Assembly (NCBI RefSeq): GCF_000143415.4
Contig: NW_003314292.1
Location: forward strand, 1,371,498-1,435,497
Reading direction: 5' to 3'
DNA length: 64,000 nucleotides
Source: Selaginella moellendorffii
Lineage: Eukaryota; Plantae; Lycopodiophyta
Shown one piece after another: positions 26,112 to 36,953 of this stretch. The notes under the pieces were generated by a model. That model was not told the origin of the DNA. It made no database searches and worked only from the letters and a program-made list of their open reading frames with translations. The number at the start of each line of letters is the position of its first letter. The stretch's first letter is position 1. Both the position numbers and the translations under genes were made by a program.

Positions 26112-26930
26112 ATGGAGCAGGGATTGTTGAGCCCAAATGGTGAGTATGATCTTGCTGATATCTACGAGAGTTGGAACCTCAGTGGGCACTGGATTATACG
26201 GCGCCAGTTCTTGATAAATCTTGTTTGTCATTGCTTCACTATATATGGGTTCTATATGGGTGCCATATTTTGGCCCCCTGAGTTCCCCGAAGGAAGCGGA
26301 GCTTCTGCTTTGGTTCCCGTCTTCGTATCATGTAAGTGTTTCACTGTTTTCTCTCTCGAGACTGACAAGTGCGTCCATGCAGTATTTTTCTATGCCCTTT
26401 TGGGTCGAAAGAAAAGTAATGCATATGGTCTTCTTGTTGGAGGCACCAGCGGTTTTCTCAGTGGTGTGTGTTCCATAATGAGCACAAATCAATGGGTGAT
26501 GCTTCCGCTGCTGGCGATATCATGCTGTGGACTTCTCACTCCGGTAATGCAACTTCCTGACAAATGGTATGACGGGCCCGGATTGTTCAAGTTCATAGTG
26601 GTGTACATGACGATGATTACGAGTTGCATGGCTGCCTGTATTTTGGGCACCGTTGCTCCACCGCTAGGATGGCATAGACAAGCCCTTTTACTTGTGGGAT
26701 CGATCGCTGCAATTGTCCACGGGATGTTGATTCATTTCTACATGTTGCAGTCTCCACTAGAAATGCTATATGGTCGCTGCGATAGATTGGGAGAAATGGA
26801 TATGGATGAGCGGCTTGCTGTGCGCCAAGAGAAGACCATTGAAGCTTTGAGGGAGTTTGCCAAGGCTACAGGGAATACTTTACCAAAAAATCTGAAGAGC
26901 CTCATAAAACCTCAGAGTTGTCATATCTGA
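26112..26930 (+). CDS. MEQGLLSPNGEYDL-family membrane protein, copy 3 (intron 26332-26382, 51 nt)
   Basis: Intact ORF, closest to copy 2. The surrounding 25770-27100 is an inverted copy of ~13950-15410. Confidence 0.8.
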   Translation: MEQGLLSPNGEYDLADIYESWNLSGHWIIRRQFLINLVCHCFTIYGFYMGAIFWPPEFPEGSGASALVPVFVSCKCFTVFSLETDKCVHAVFFYALLGRKKSNAYGLLVGGTSGFLSGVCSIMSTNQWVMLPLLAISCCGLLTPVMQLPDKWYDGPGLFKFIVVYMTMITSCMAACILGTVAPPLGWHRQALLLVGSIAAIVHGMLIHFYMLQSPLEMLYGRCDRLGEMDMDERLAVRQEKTIEALREFAKATGNTLPKNLKSLIKPQSCHI

Positions 26931-27309
26931 GCATTTCCTCTGAATTGTCTAGCCTCATAAAAAGACAGTTTTCTAGCCTCTCATCTAGAGATTTAAATGT
27001 CTTGAACTAATAAATTTATAGTTTCGTAAACTTTCCCACTCTTAGAAAGCTAGGCTGTGTAAACAAAAGTCCTAAAATGACAACAGAATTGAATAACCGC
27101 ATGCTCCAAGCAAGCCTTCGTGAAGGCAACTGCTTCCACGGCAACGGATACGAGCATTCTTCTCATTCCCAGCATTGGCCCAGCAAGTTCACGTCACAAA
27201 CGTTTTAGAAAACGAAAAGATTGCGGCGGCGACTGATCATCCAGAGGGTCAACTCTCCCGGTGAAGAATACCCCTTGAAATCGTAAAAAGAAAAAATAAA
27301 CAAGATCGC

Positions 27310-27940
27310 GCTAACGGACTTTCAGCTTTCTGAATGACGTATGATAACGCAGCTTTCCGACTCATAGAGCTCCAGATGTGCGTGGACAATTTCATCGAGC
27401 CGTGCATGTCAGCATGTCTGAGTAGCACAGACATGCAGCGCCGATCAGCTTGGCCAGGCGGCTCGTCCTGTAATCCCCGACAGTTAGTCGACGTGGCTGA
27501 CCCCTCGAATGGTTTGGCTGCTCCTAAATGTTTCCTGTTTCCATTTCTTCCAGTGCCACTAGACTGGAATCGCAATCGAATAAACGTCCCACTCTAAGAT
27601 CTTCCACGAGTAACTCTTGGTTTTACTTCCTCCTTTCGAGAGCTATTGCAACTCCTCGTGGTTCTAAGCGTGACGAGGGACTTTTTCGTGGCACAAGTTA
27701 ACGTCACAGGTTCCATGCGCTCTCGAGAAGACAGGTCCGAAGAAGGCTGACTTTGGGAGGTTGTTCGTCTTCTCTCCACCACCTGAGAGGCTTGCTTCTC
27801 CTGTTGAGCATCGGAAAAGTAAAAGCTTGACTTTGTGATTGCCGCAAATGTCGTAGGAGTTGCTGGAGGTTATCCGAGAATTTCTCGTCCGGCTGTTGCT
27901 GTCCTCTTCACCAAACCTTCTCTTGGTGTCCTCACCGCTA
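27310..27940. repeat. Inverted copy of module 6100-6720 / 13270-13890 (unidentified gene-like fragment)
   Basis: ELQMCVDNFIEPCMSAC and MEPVTLTC..KKSLVTLRTTRSCN translations are shared among the copies. Confidence 0.85.
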
Positions 27941-28174
27941 AGACTTGAAGGCTCTTCTTCTTCTTCTTCTACTACGAGTTGGCTGTTCCGGCTTTTCCAG
28001 CTTTTCCATCTTCTCAGGCCCCTTCTTTTTAGCTTCTGTGCGGCAATCTGTCTGCTTCGCCTCCCGCCTTTTCAACCTTGTCCAGCTGTGGGACCTCCTC
28101 TTCAATGGCATCTTCACTTTCAGTTCTCAGCTTTATTTCTTCTTTCCGTTTCGTCTTCTTCTCCCGTTCCATCT

Positions 28175-31100
28175 GCTTTTTCCATGTACGACTGCTGCCT
28201 CTGCTCTAGTTCATCTGGATCCTGAGATAAACTCGTCCAACCGTGTAGCTTCCTCCGGTTATATAGATCCATCTTTTTTGTATGGCTGCCAGAAGAACTT
28301 CATGTTTCCATCTGTCTGGAACGATTTCTCACTCAATCTGGATGAGACTTCAGCACGTTCTCCTCGTCAATCCATCCGTGAGACGAAGGGTCAGGAACTC
28401 CAATTTTCCAGCACTTGAGAGCAAAACAGTGTAGAATCAGAAGAAAGAACTCTTACGTAAATCAGGCGCGTGTTCATGTCAAGCACACCTCATCCGTGCG
28501 TACGGTTATCCTTTCAGCCTTGATGTTGATGCGTAGACAGACAGACAGAGACTCCAATTCTCCCGTCACAGTCTGGTTCCCTCCTTCGCCTGCAGCAACA
28601 GTGAAGCTGCAAATGCTGTCCAGAATATTTATGCTGACCCTTGTCTCTGCACGTTTCCCAACACGAGTAAAACAATATAAAACAGCCAAAGATACACATC
28701 TCTCGTCGTCTTCTTCCCTGCACACTGCACTTCGCCAGTCTCTGCGGATCTTCGCCTGGATCCTTTGCTTCGCCTGGATCCTGGAGCTTGGAAAAATGCT
28801 GACAGTGGAAGGCGCTTTTTGAGTTGCTCGCTTGAACGAAGCACTCACTGCGCGATAAGAACTACTGTTGATCCGCAAAGGAGACTGGAATGAACATTAC
28901 CTCTTTGCGCGATTCGGGGCAGTCGACAGGTAGAAAAACCCTAGTTACAAGCAATGTCGGTGGTCCGGGGGAATGGCGGGCGGCGCCGATGCGCTCCCCG
29001 TGACGGCGGCCGATCATGGCGCTGGTGGTGAAGCGGCGAGCGACACTCTCCTGGGCGCAGCACCAGGGACTGCCGGAGGCGCAATGAGCAAGATCCTGGG
29101 CGCGGTGCCGAAGAAGAACATCCGAGTAAGAAACCAATGCTCGCTTGTCCTGGAACAAGTGTGTGTTTCTTTGTTTAGCGTGCAGCTGTCTCGATCACCG
29201 TCGTCCTCTTCCTGATTCCCCTACCATTCCTTGAGACGGGGATTCAGTCGAGCGTTTTCTTCGGCCTCTCCGGTGCGTTTTCTTTTTTTCATTTCCATTC
29301 CAGTTTGCAACGTTTTTTTTTTTTTCTCTCCAGAGATAAATTCGATATCTTGGTATATTTTCGGCCGTGAGCACAACGATCGTGTGGTCGAGGTGGTGAA
29401 TCTCCTGGGATTCATCACGGGAGTTTTCTATGCTGCATATGCATGGAAGGCTACATGGAAGCCCCTCTTCTGGCCCCCGGTGCTTGGGATCAGTCACTAC
29501 TGTCTAGTGTACCTGTTGCGCAAGTTCTACGACGGGAAGGAGAAGGAGTTCTGCTTCAAGATCGACGTCCTTGGTTTCATTGGTTGTGCGACCACAGCAG
29601 CCTCGATGCTTGCTCCCCTTGCTGTTCGAGTGGCGACCCTCCCTCACAGCAGTGCCCGTTGGAGCTGGGTGGTGCCACTCTAAAACCATGTCTCTGGCTT
29701 GTAACGTGGCATGGGCTTGGTTTGCGACCCTTGATAACAACAAGGCCATCCTAGTAAGTTTCTAATCTTCTTCGTTCTGGATTAAAACTTTGGTTGGTTT
29801 TTCAGATGTCCACCATGTTTGCCGCGGGCTGTGCAGCAATTCTTACCTGCCTGATGCTAGTTTGAGGCCTTTCTAGTTTTTACTCTACAAACATTGTTGT
29901 AGAGTTCGCTCGCTCGCTGAGTTTTGTTTTTTTTTTTACTCTGCTCGACGTGGAGTTCGCGAAATAAAATTGTCCTATCACCCTCCATGACGACGTTAGA
30001 TTGCGTTCTAGGTAGTCGCAGAGATTCCCAAGCACCAGGCACTGATCTCACCAGCAAGCGTCGGCATCCGTGGCGCATTCGTGTTCTTCTCCGCCACCTT
30101 GTGAAAGAGACCGTGCCACTTCCCCACCAGGGATAGCCTGTAACGATGGAATTCCAGCTGATGATGTCGCTCTCGTGCATCCGATCGAACGAGGTCCCGG
30201 GTTTCGTGGATTCAATTGCCCTGGCCTTCTGCCACATAGGATTGCTGGAGTTAGCGCGAGCATCCGTTCTTAAACAAAGCCACAGAGAAAAGAGAGATCT
30301 CTTTCTGGACGAAAAACCAATGAAGTTTTCCTACTGATCACTGGTGAAGCCCAGAGAAGCGGAGACAATGAACCTGCGATTCCTGGAGCTCCGGGATCTT
30401 GTTCCGGTTCTTCAAAAAATGCGGGCTTTGAATAGAATTGCTGCGTTTTGTTTCCATGATCTCCCAAAAGGAATGTGACAAGAACTCACAGAACTACGTC
30501 GTGGTACTGAGCTTCAAAATCACGTATACCTTCGTTCCTTTTGCCATTACATGGTCCTCAATTTGCACTGCGTTCTTTGCTCGATGGTGTAACTGTGTGC
30601 ACGAGCATTTCATGAAACCAAAGAAAAAAAAACGTGTGAAACAGGCTGCCTTCCAAGTTCCAACCTCCTGAAGAACGCAGTATCAGGATCCCTTGCGAAA
30701 CAACATTCATTGTCGTATCCAATCATATACCTGAAAGTACATGGGCGAAAACCTGACGGAGGCCGCTCTAGGTACCAAGGAAGAACCTGAACGAGAACTC
30801 CAGTTAGAACGAAGAGAATTCAGGCCTATAGCGAGAAGATCCCTATGGGTCTTAAGCTTCTCCTCGACTCCTCTTTTGAAACTCCACAAGCCAAGAAGAG
30901 AGTGCAAGGCCGACGCCAGGAACTCCGATCCACGAGCTCGTGAATGCGCTCATTGCTCTTTCCTTGACGAGATCCTTCAACTCGTAGGACTTCCTAGACC
31001 ACATAATTTGCATCGGTTCTATCGACAAGAAAGAGCAGAAAGCCTTTCTGCACAGGACGTGATGCTTGCTGGTGGATCTGGTGCAGCCATCATTCCTAGA

Positions 31101-31190
31101 CCTTTCCCTTAGTAATACTTGCAAGGCATAAATTATGGACATTTATCATATCCATTTGCTAAAACAATGTAACAAACCAAAGAAACTATA
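28175..31190. repeat. Inverted partner of 980-3880
   Basis: For example 31107 cccttagtaatacttgcaaggcataaattatggac is the reverse complement of ~1080-1114. Confidence 0.95.
28973..29683 (+). CDS. Unknown hydrophobic (membrane) protein gene or pseudogene; first exon uncertain
   Basis: Spliceable VSITVVLFLIPLPFLETGIQSSVFFGLS|EINSISWYIFG..LLGFITGVFYAAYAW..SMLAPLAV. I could not connect an ATG-containing first exon in frame. Confidence 0.4.
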
Positions 31191-31454
31191 CATTGTTGGA
31201 AATATAAAATGCATTGGTATATATTTCTACTCCAATTTGTTATCATCTTCTCGTTGGAAAAATTTATACTTTCTACCTATATACCAGCTGGAAAGATGAG
31301 GGGCTGGACAATTGTGGCATATCCGCGTGGCAGCTGTGCCAGCACGGCCGCCACCTCAGCAGTCTCAACGCCACATCAGCCCGCACCTGTGCCAAACCCT
31401 AAACTGCGATTCCTCTTGGGTCGGCTGGCGTGGAGTGGCAGCATGGATATCACG

Positions 31455-31580
31455 TGCGTAAGCCGCAACCATGACGCTCCAACTGACTAAGTTCCTCTCC
31501 ACTGTTTCAGATTCAAACAGTTCGCGAGCTTTCTCTAGACAGCCGCATTTTCCATACATGTCTACAAAAGCATTCCTCAC
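31455..31580 (-). pseudogene. PPR fragment
   Basis: NAFVDMYGKCGCLEKARELFES..RNLVSWSVMVAAYA, abutting an inverted ACP transit-region fragment. Confidence 0.85.
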
Positions 31581-32020
31581 GGGCGTGGATCAGCTTTCCT
31601 TCTGTCAAATCTTCCGGACAAGCACAGGCATGGAGAGAAAAACAGGGACGCTTGTTTCGGTTCAAGGCTGCGCTATTTTTAGGGCTGTTGTCTCTCTACC
31701 GGATTGGGGCTGATCCACGCACTGGCTCTAACGCAATACTATTTGGACTTTGGTCGCTCCTCCAGTGCCTGATTTACCCCGAGAATTTGGAGTAGCTGAT
31801 TGATCCAAAACCCGGCTGGGACTTAGATCCTTAGTTAAGGAGTAAAGCGGGTGGTAAGATATTGGAGTTTCGTAGCGCCATCGGTGCCGTAGTTCACGCT
31901 GAGAATACAAGAAAAGGTTTTATGAGTGATTTTTAAACCTCAGAGCTGGAAATATCGGATAAGGAACGGTCAAAGATACTAGAAAAGGGCTGCTTTCTCT
32001 ATTTAGGGAAAGAGGAATTG

Positions 32021-32831
32021 ATGGAGCAGGGATTGCTGAGCCCAAATGGTGAGTATGATCTTGCTGATATCTACAAGGGCTGGAACCTTGGTCGCCACTG
32101 GATTATGTGGCGCCAGTTCTTGATGAACCTTGTCTGTCATGGCTTCACTGCATATGGGTTTTATATGGCTACCATACATTGGCCCGCTCAGCTATCCCCT
32201 CAGTTAGCTCCAGTAGGTTACTTTCCGGCCATGTTGTTATCAGGTCAGTTTTCTTTCTTCCCTTTTTAGAGACTAACAAGAGCTCCATGCAGTAAGTATG
32301 CTCGTTCGCTTTGGTCGAAAGAAAGCTTTGACATACGGTTTTCTTGTTGGGGGCATCAGCGGTGTTCTTTCCGCAATGATCACGAATCAGTGGGTGGTGC
32401 TTCTGCCGGTGGTGATATTATTCTGTGGACTTTGCACTCCAGCAGCAATACTTTCGCCTGAAGCTTGGAATGACGGCCGCAGTTTGGTTATCTTCATGGT
32501 GGTCCTCATAATGAGGCAAATGGCTAACCTGGCCTGTATTGTGGCTGCCATCGTTGCTCCACCGGTTGGATGGCAAGTTCAAGCTGTTGCACTTGTGGGA
32601 TCGACCGCTGCTATTGTCTATGCGATGCTGTTTCATTTCTACATGTTGCAGTCCCCACTGGAAATTCTAGGTGGTTGCGAGGGTTTAAGAGGAATGGATA
32701 TAGACCAGCGGCTTGCTGTTCGACAAGAGATGGCCATTGAAGCTTTGAGGGGGTTTGCAGAGGCCGCAGGGAAGACTCTCCCAGAAAATTTGAAGAGCCT
32801 CAGGAAAACTGAGTGCTGTCCGCTTCTGTAA
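32021..32831 (+). CDS. MEQGLLSPNGEYDL-family membrane protein, divergent copy 4 (intron 32244-32292, 49 nt)
   Basis: Splicing GTCAGT..TGCAG joins ORFs 32018..32269 and 32298..32831 in frame. Confidence 0.8.
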
Positions 32832-33293
32832 TCGGCTTGTTGTTCCTGAGTTCTCTTGCCAGAAATAAAAAACCAAGTCAAAGATATTTCATCAGTAACC
32901 TATTTTAAAAATCTAATCCCGCGCGTTTTTTAAAATATAAAACTCGCGGGGCCACGAGAGCACGAGCCAAAGGATTCTGGCGTTGATGTGCATGGCATTA
33001 CGCTTATTCGTCCCACATTCGTCCTTGGTTGATGGCTCAATCGCAGGTTGCGCGGCGATGAAGCCCCACAGGGAAGTCGACGCGCGCCCTGGAGCACGAT
33101 TGGGATTGTGCTCTTTCCTCTTTCTTTCGTTTTCCACAAACTATGTGTAATCATCGTGGCAGTTTAGGGCTGATATGGGTGCCAAATGGCAGCCAAATCA
33201 GTCTCACACATCAGCTAAGACCTTTTCTAATAGCCGTCGGATGAGCTACTGTCAAGGATATATTTGGGGAAAGAGGACAATCTAGGTTACCCT

Positions 33294-34110
33294 ATGGAGC
33301 AGGGATTGTTGAGCCCAAATGGTGAGTATGATCTTGCTGATATCTACGAGAGTTGGAACCTCAGTGGGCACTGGATTATACGGCGCCAGTTCTTGATGAA
33401 TCTTGTTAGCCATTGCTTCACTATATATGCGTTCTATATGGGTGCCATATTTTGGCCCCCTGAGTTCCCCGAAGGAAGCGGAGCTTCTGCTTTGGTTCCC
33501 GTCTTCGTAGCATGTAAGTGTTTCACTGCTTTCTCTCTCGAGACTGACTGACAAGTGCGTCCATGCAGTATTTTTCGTTGCCCTTTTGGGTCGAAAGAAA
33601 AGCAATGCATATGGTTTTCTTGTTGGAGGCACCAGCGGTTTTCTCAGTGGTGTGTGTTCCATAATGAGCACAAATCAATGGGTGATGCTTCCACTGCTGG
33701 CGATATCATGCTGTGGACTTTTCACTCCGGTGTTACAACCAGCTCCTGACAGATGGTACGACGGGCCCGGATTGTTCAAGTTCATGGTGGTGTACATGAC
33801 GAGGGGTTTGAGTTACATGGCTGCCTGTGTTTTGGGCACCGTTGCTCCACCGCTGGGATGGCATAGACAAGCCCTTCTACTTGTGGGATCGATCGCTGCA
33901 ATTGTCCACGGGATGCTGATTTATTTCTACATGTTGCAGTCTCCACTCGAAATGCTATATGGTAGCTGCGATAGGTTGGGAGAAATGGATATGGACGAGC
34001 GGCTTGCTGTGCGCCAAGAGAAGGCCATTGAAGCTTTGAGGGAGTTTGCCGAGGCTACAGGGAATACTTTACCAAAAAATCTGAAGAGCCTCAGAAAACC
34101 TCAAAGTTGA
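33294..34110 (+). CDS. MEQGLLSPNGEYDL-family membrane protein, copy 5 (intron 33514-33568, 55 nt)
   Basis: Near-identical to copy 1; splicing restores the frame. Confidence 0.8.
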
Positions 34111-34263
34111 AAACCTCAGAGTTGTTAATTCTCTCTAGATAGAAATCTAGGGAATCTTTTTATGAACCAATAAATTTATGGTTAGTTCAAAATGGCGATA
34201 TTTTATAAAGCCAAAAGCTTTGGAGTTTGAAAAAAAAAAATATTAGAGGAAATAGTGTGTGAT

Positions 34264-36867
34264 TTAAGAGAAGTCAATACCATTACACTCGTTCTTTCCC
34301 ATTCTCACTACTCTAAGCTCTTCCTTCTCCATCCCTACACTCCGATAGATGTTTGCCATCAAGATATACGCACTCGCCTGCTTGTCATCGAATTCCAAGA
34401 GCTTCTCAAACGCAACCTCGGCAACCTTAACGTTCTTCCACTTCCAGCATCCGCCAAGAACAGTCTTCCACGTCAAAGAGCTTGCTCTCGTAGGCATGCT
34501 GCTCGCCAGCTCCAGAGCCTCCTCTACTCGGTTGGCCCGGCCCAGCAGATCGATCAGGCAGTGGTAGTGCTCCAAGCTCGGAGCCACTCCAAACTTTGAG
34601 GACATTTCACCGAAGAACTTGGTGCCTCGATCGACCAGGCCGGCGTGACCGCAGGCTGAGAGAACCGAGAGGCAAGTGATCCCGTTGAGACCGATCCCTC
34701 CATCGATCATGGCCTGGAAGAGCTCAAACACCAGCTCCGTCTCGCCCTCCCGGCTATAGCCAGCGATGATCGTGCTCCAAGTTACAACGTTTCTCGAGCT
34801 CATCGAGTCGAAGACGTGCTCCGCCGCGGCCAAGCTCCCACACTTGCAGTACATGTCGAGCAGGCTGTTCGCCACGAACTGGTCCTTCTCGCCTCCATTC
34901 TGGCACGCCTCCGCATGGATCTTCCGACCAATCTCAATCGCTGCCAGCCCGCTGGATGCTGTGAGGCCAGCAACGAAGATCCGCGTGTTGGCGGCACGGC
35001 TCTCGGGTTCCATCCTCCAGTAGAGCTCCAGAGCCAGCTCGGGCTCGTCCTTCTCGGCGTATCCCATCAAAAGAGTCGTCCACAGCACCGCGTTGTGGGA
35101 CGGGATCCTGTCGAAGACGACCCGGGCGTCCAACAAGCTCCCGCATTTCACGTAGAGGTCGGCAAGAGCGCTGGCCACAAAGATGTCGGATTCGCAGCCA
35201 AACTCGATCGCCTGAGAGTGAACTGCCATTGCTTTGTCCAAGCAGCCAGGCTTCACGAACTTGTTCTCGTCAACTTCCACTTCGGCTTCTTTCGAGTTGG
35301 CGGCTATGTCGATGCAACCTTTCAGCGCTCCCAAGAAGGCCCGAGAGTCTGGAACACAGCCCTGAGACCTCATGCGTTGGAACCACTCGAGAGCGAGCAC
35401 GCCTTCACCGTTATCGGCGTGTCCCATGATGAGCGAGTTCCAAGTCACCAGATCATGGAGCGGCATCCTCTCGAACACCTCCCGAGATTTCTCCAGGCTC
35501 CCACACTTTGCATACGAGTCCACCAACGTGCTGGCCACGAAGACGTCGAACTCACACCCGGATCTGGCAGCTTGCGCGTGAATGGCCTCGACTTTCCGCA
35601 GAAGCTCCGCCTTCAAGGCCTGCTTCCTTGGCTCGCTGCCGTGATCTTCTCGAGCGGCGAGTCCTCCATAGGCCATGAGAGCAGCCACGAAAGTCCGGCA
35701 ATTCGGTGCGCAGCCCTCCGCTTGCATCCGCTCAAAGGACTTAAGAGCGAGGTCGAACTCCCAGTTGTCGATGTAGCCGAGAATGAGAGAGTTCCACAGC
35801 ACCAAATCCTTGCGGACGATCTTCTCAAACACCAGCCCTGCATTCATCATGCTGCCGCACTTGGAGTACATCCCGACCAAGCCGCTAGCAATAAAGATAT
35901 CCACTCCACCGCTGCTTCTCTCGGCCTGAGAGTGGACGAGCAATCCTTTCTCCAAGCTCCGGACCTTGACAAGCTTCCCGTCCACCACCTTGCTCTCTTC
36001 TCTGGCGGCCAGGTTCCCACACGCGATCACGGCCGCCAGGAAAGTCCGCGGGCTCGGGCAGTCCATTCGGCAGAAAACTTCCAGAGCTAGCTCCTCCTCT
36101 CCATTCTCGGCATAGCCCAGGATCAAGCTGTTCCACACAACCACGTCCCTCGCCACCATCTGGTCGAAAACTCTGCGAGCATCGTGCAAGCTTCCACACT
36201 TGCAGTACATATCCACAAGCGTGCCAGCCACGAACTTGTCGGAGTAACACCCGCTTTTCATCGCTCGAGAGTGGAGATCCATCCCTCTCTCCAGTGATCC
36301 AAGCTTGACGCTAAAACTCCTCTCACCCGCAACCATCTGTGGAGTCTCTTTCGCGGCCAAGCTTCCACAGGCGATGAGCGCCGCGACGTAGGCTTTAGCA
36401 TCGGCCTCCAATCCCTGTTCCTCCATTCGGGCAAAGATGCCGAGAGCCTCCTCGCCTTGATCGTTGTTGGCATACCCAGACATGAGCGCCGTCCACGAGG
36501 CCAAGCCCGGCGATGCGATCGTCTCAAACACTGCTCTAGCGTCGGGCAGCGATCCACACCTGGAATACATCCCGAGGATTGCATTGGGGACGTGCGCGCC
36601 AGAGAAGAACGCTCCCGATTCCACGGAATCGGCATGGATCCTCTTCCCTGCGTCGAGATTCTTGGAGGCAATGCAGGCCTTGAGTCCGTCGAGCAGGATC
36701 CACACGAATGCCTGATCGATGGCACCGCGCGACGAAATATCGGTGACGCGCGACGAAGTTTCCGAAATACTGACCCGATCAAGCGTCCTCCAGGTGGAGG
36801 AGCTGCGATTCTTCCTTCTCCTGCTACAGCAATCTATGCAATGCTTTGCAGCTCCATCCGCGCGCAT
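34264..36867 (-). CDS. PLS-class PPR protein ending in E motifs, no DYW domain
   Basis: 867-aa intronless ORF with repeated LVDMYxKCGSL..A..VF / V.WN.LI.GY motifs; ends WKTVLGGC..AYILMANIY. Confidence 0.95.
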   Translation of the reverse strand: MRADGAAKHCIDCCSRRRKNRSSSTWRTLDRVSISETSSRVTDISSRGAIDQAFVWILLDGLKACIASKNLDAGKRIHADSVESGAFFSGAHVPNAILGMYSRCGSLPDARAVFETIASPGLASWTALMSGYANNDQGEEALGIFARMEEQGLEADAKAYVAALIACGSLAAKETPQMVAGERSFSVKLGSLERGMDLHSRAMKSGCYSDKFVAGTLVDMYCKCGSLHDARRVFDQMVARDVVVWNSLILGYAENGEEELALEVFCRMDCPSPRTFLAAVIACGNLAAREESKVVDGKLVKVRSLEKGLLVHSQAERSSGGVDIFIASGLVGMYSKCGSMMNAGLVFEKIVRKDLVLWNSLILGYIDNWEFDLALKSFERMQAEGCAPNCRTFVAALMAYGGLAAREDHGSEPRKQALKAELLRKVEAIHAQAARSGCEFDVFVASTLVDSYAKCGSLEKSREVFERMPLHDLVTWNSLIMGHADNGEGVLALEWFQRMRSQGCVPDSRAFLGALKGCIDIAANSKEAEVEVDENKFVKPGCLDKAMAVHSQAIEFGCESDIFVASALADLYVKCGSLLDARVVFDRIPSHNAVLWTTLLMGYAEKDEPELALELYWRMEPESRAANTRIFVAGLTASSGLAAIEIGRKIHAEACQNGGEKDQFVANSLLDMYCKCGSLAAAEHVFDSMSSRNVVTWSTIIAGYSREGETELVFELFQAMIDGGIGLNGITCLSVLSACGHAGLVDRGTKFFGEMSSKFGVAPSLEHYHCLIDLLGRANRVEEALELASSMPTRASSLTWKTVLGGCWKWKNVKVAEVAFEKLLEFDDKQASAYILMANIYRSVGMEKEELRVVRMGKNECNGIDFS

Positions 36868-36953
36868 TGGTGGTCACGCATTCTTGCCGCCATTCATCCT
36901 TCTCGCCAAGAACCCTAAAATGCGGCCCAAGAACCCTAAATTTCTTGCGATCA
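36868..36953. promoter_or_regulatory. Candidate compact bidirectional promoter/5'UTR with two ccaagaaccctaaa (telo-box-like) copies
   Basis: 86 bp between the ATG at 36867(-) and the ATG at 36954(+); 14-bp direct repeat at 36906-36919 and 36927-36940. Confidence 0.5.

Noticed and set aside
27334-27430. Possible RING finger (ELQMCVDNFIEPCMSAC)
   Set aside because: The Cys/His ligands are incomplete, so the call cannot be supported.
30741-31112. Possible histone-fold-like ORF (..RPIARR..AQDVMLA)
   Set aside because: The resemblance is too weak and the frame is not preserved in the inverted copy at ~1100-1440.
34816-36090. 424-aa plus-strand ORF and other antisense ORFs over the PPR, CDPK and glucanase genes
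   Set aside because: Shadow ORFs of GC-rich coding sequence with no recognisable motifs.
36846-36867. Apparent coding overlap of the two PPR ORFs
   Set aside because: It depends on an upstream start call; ATG 36954 gives a more plausible transit-peptide start and removes the overlap.
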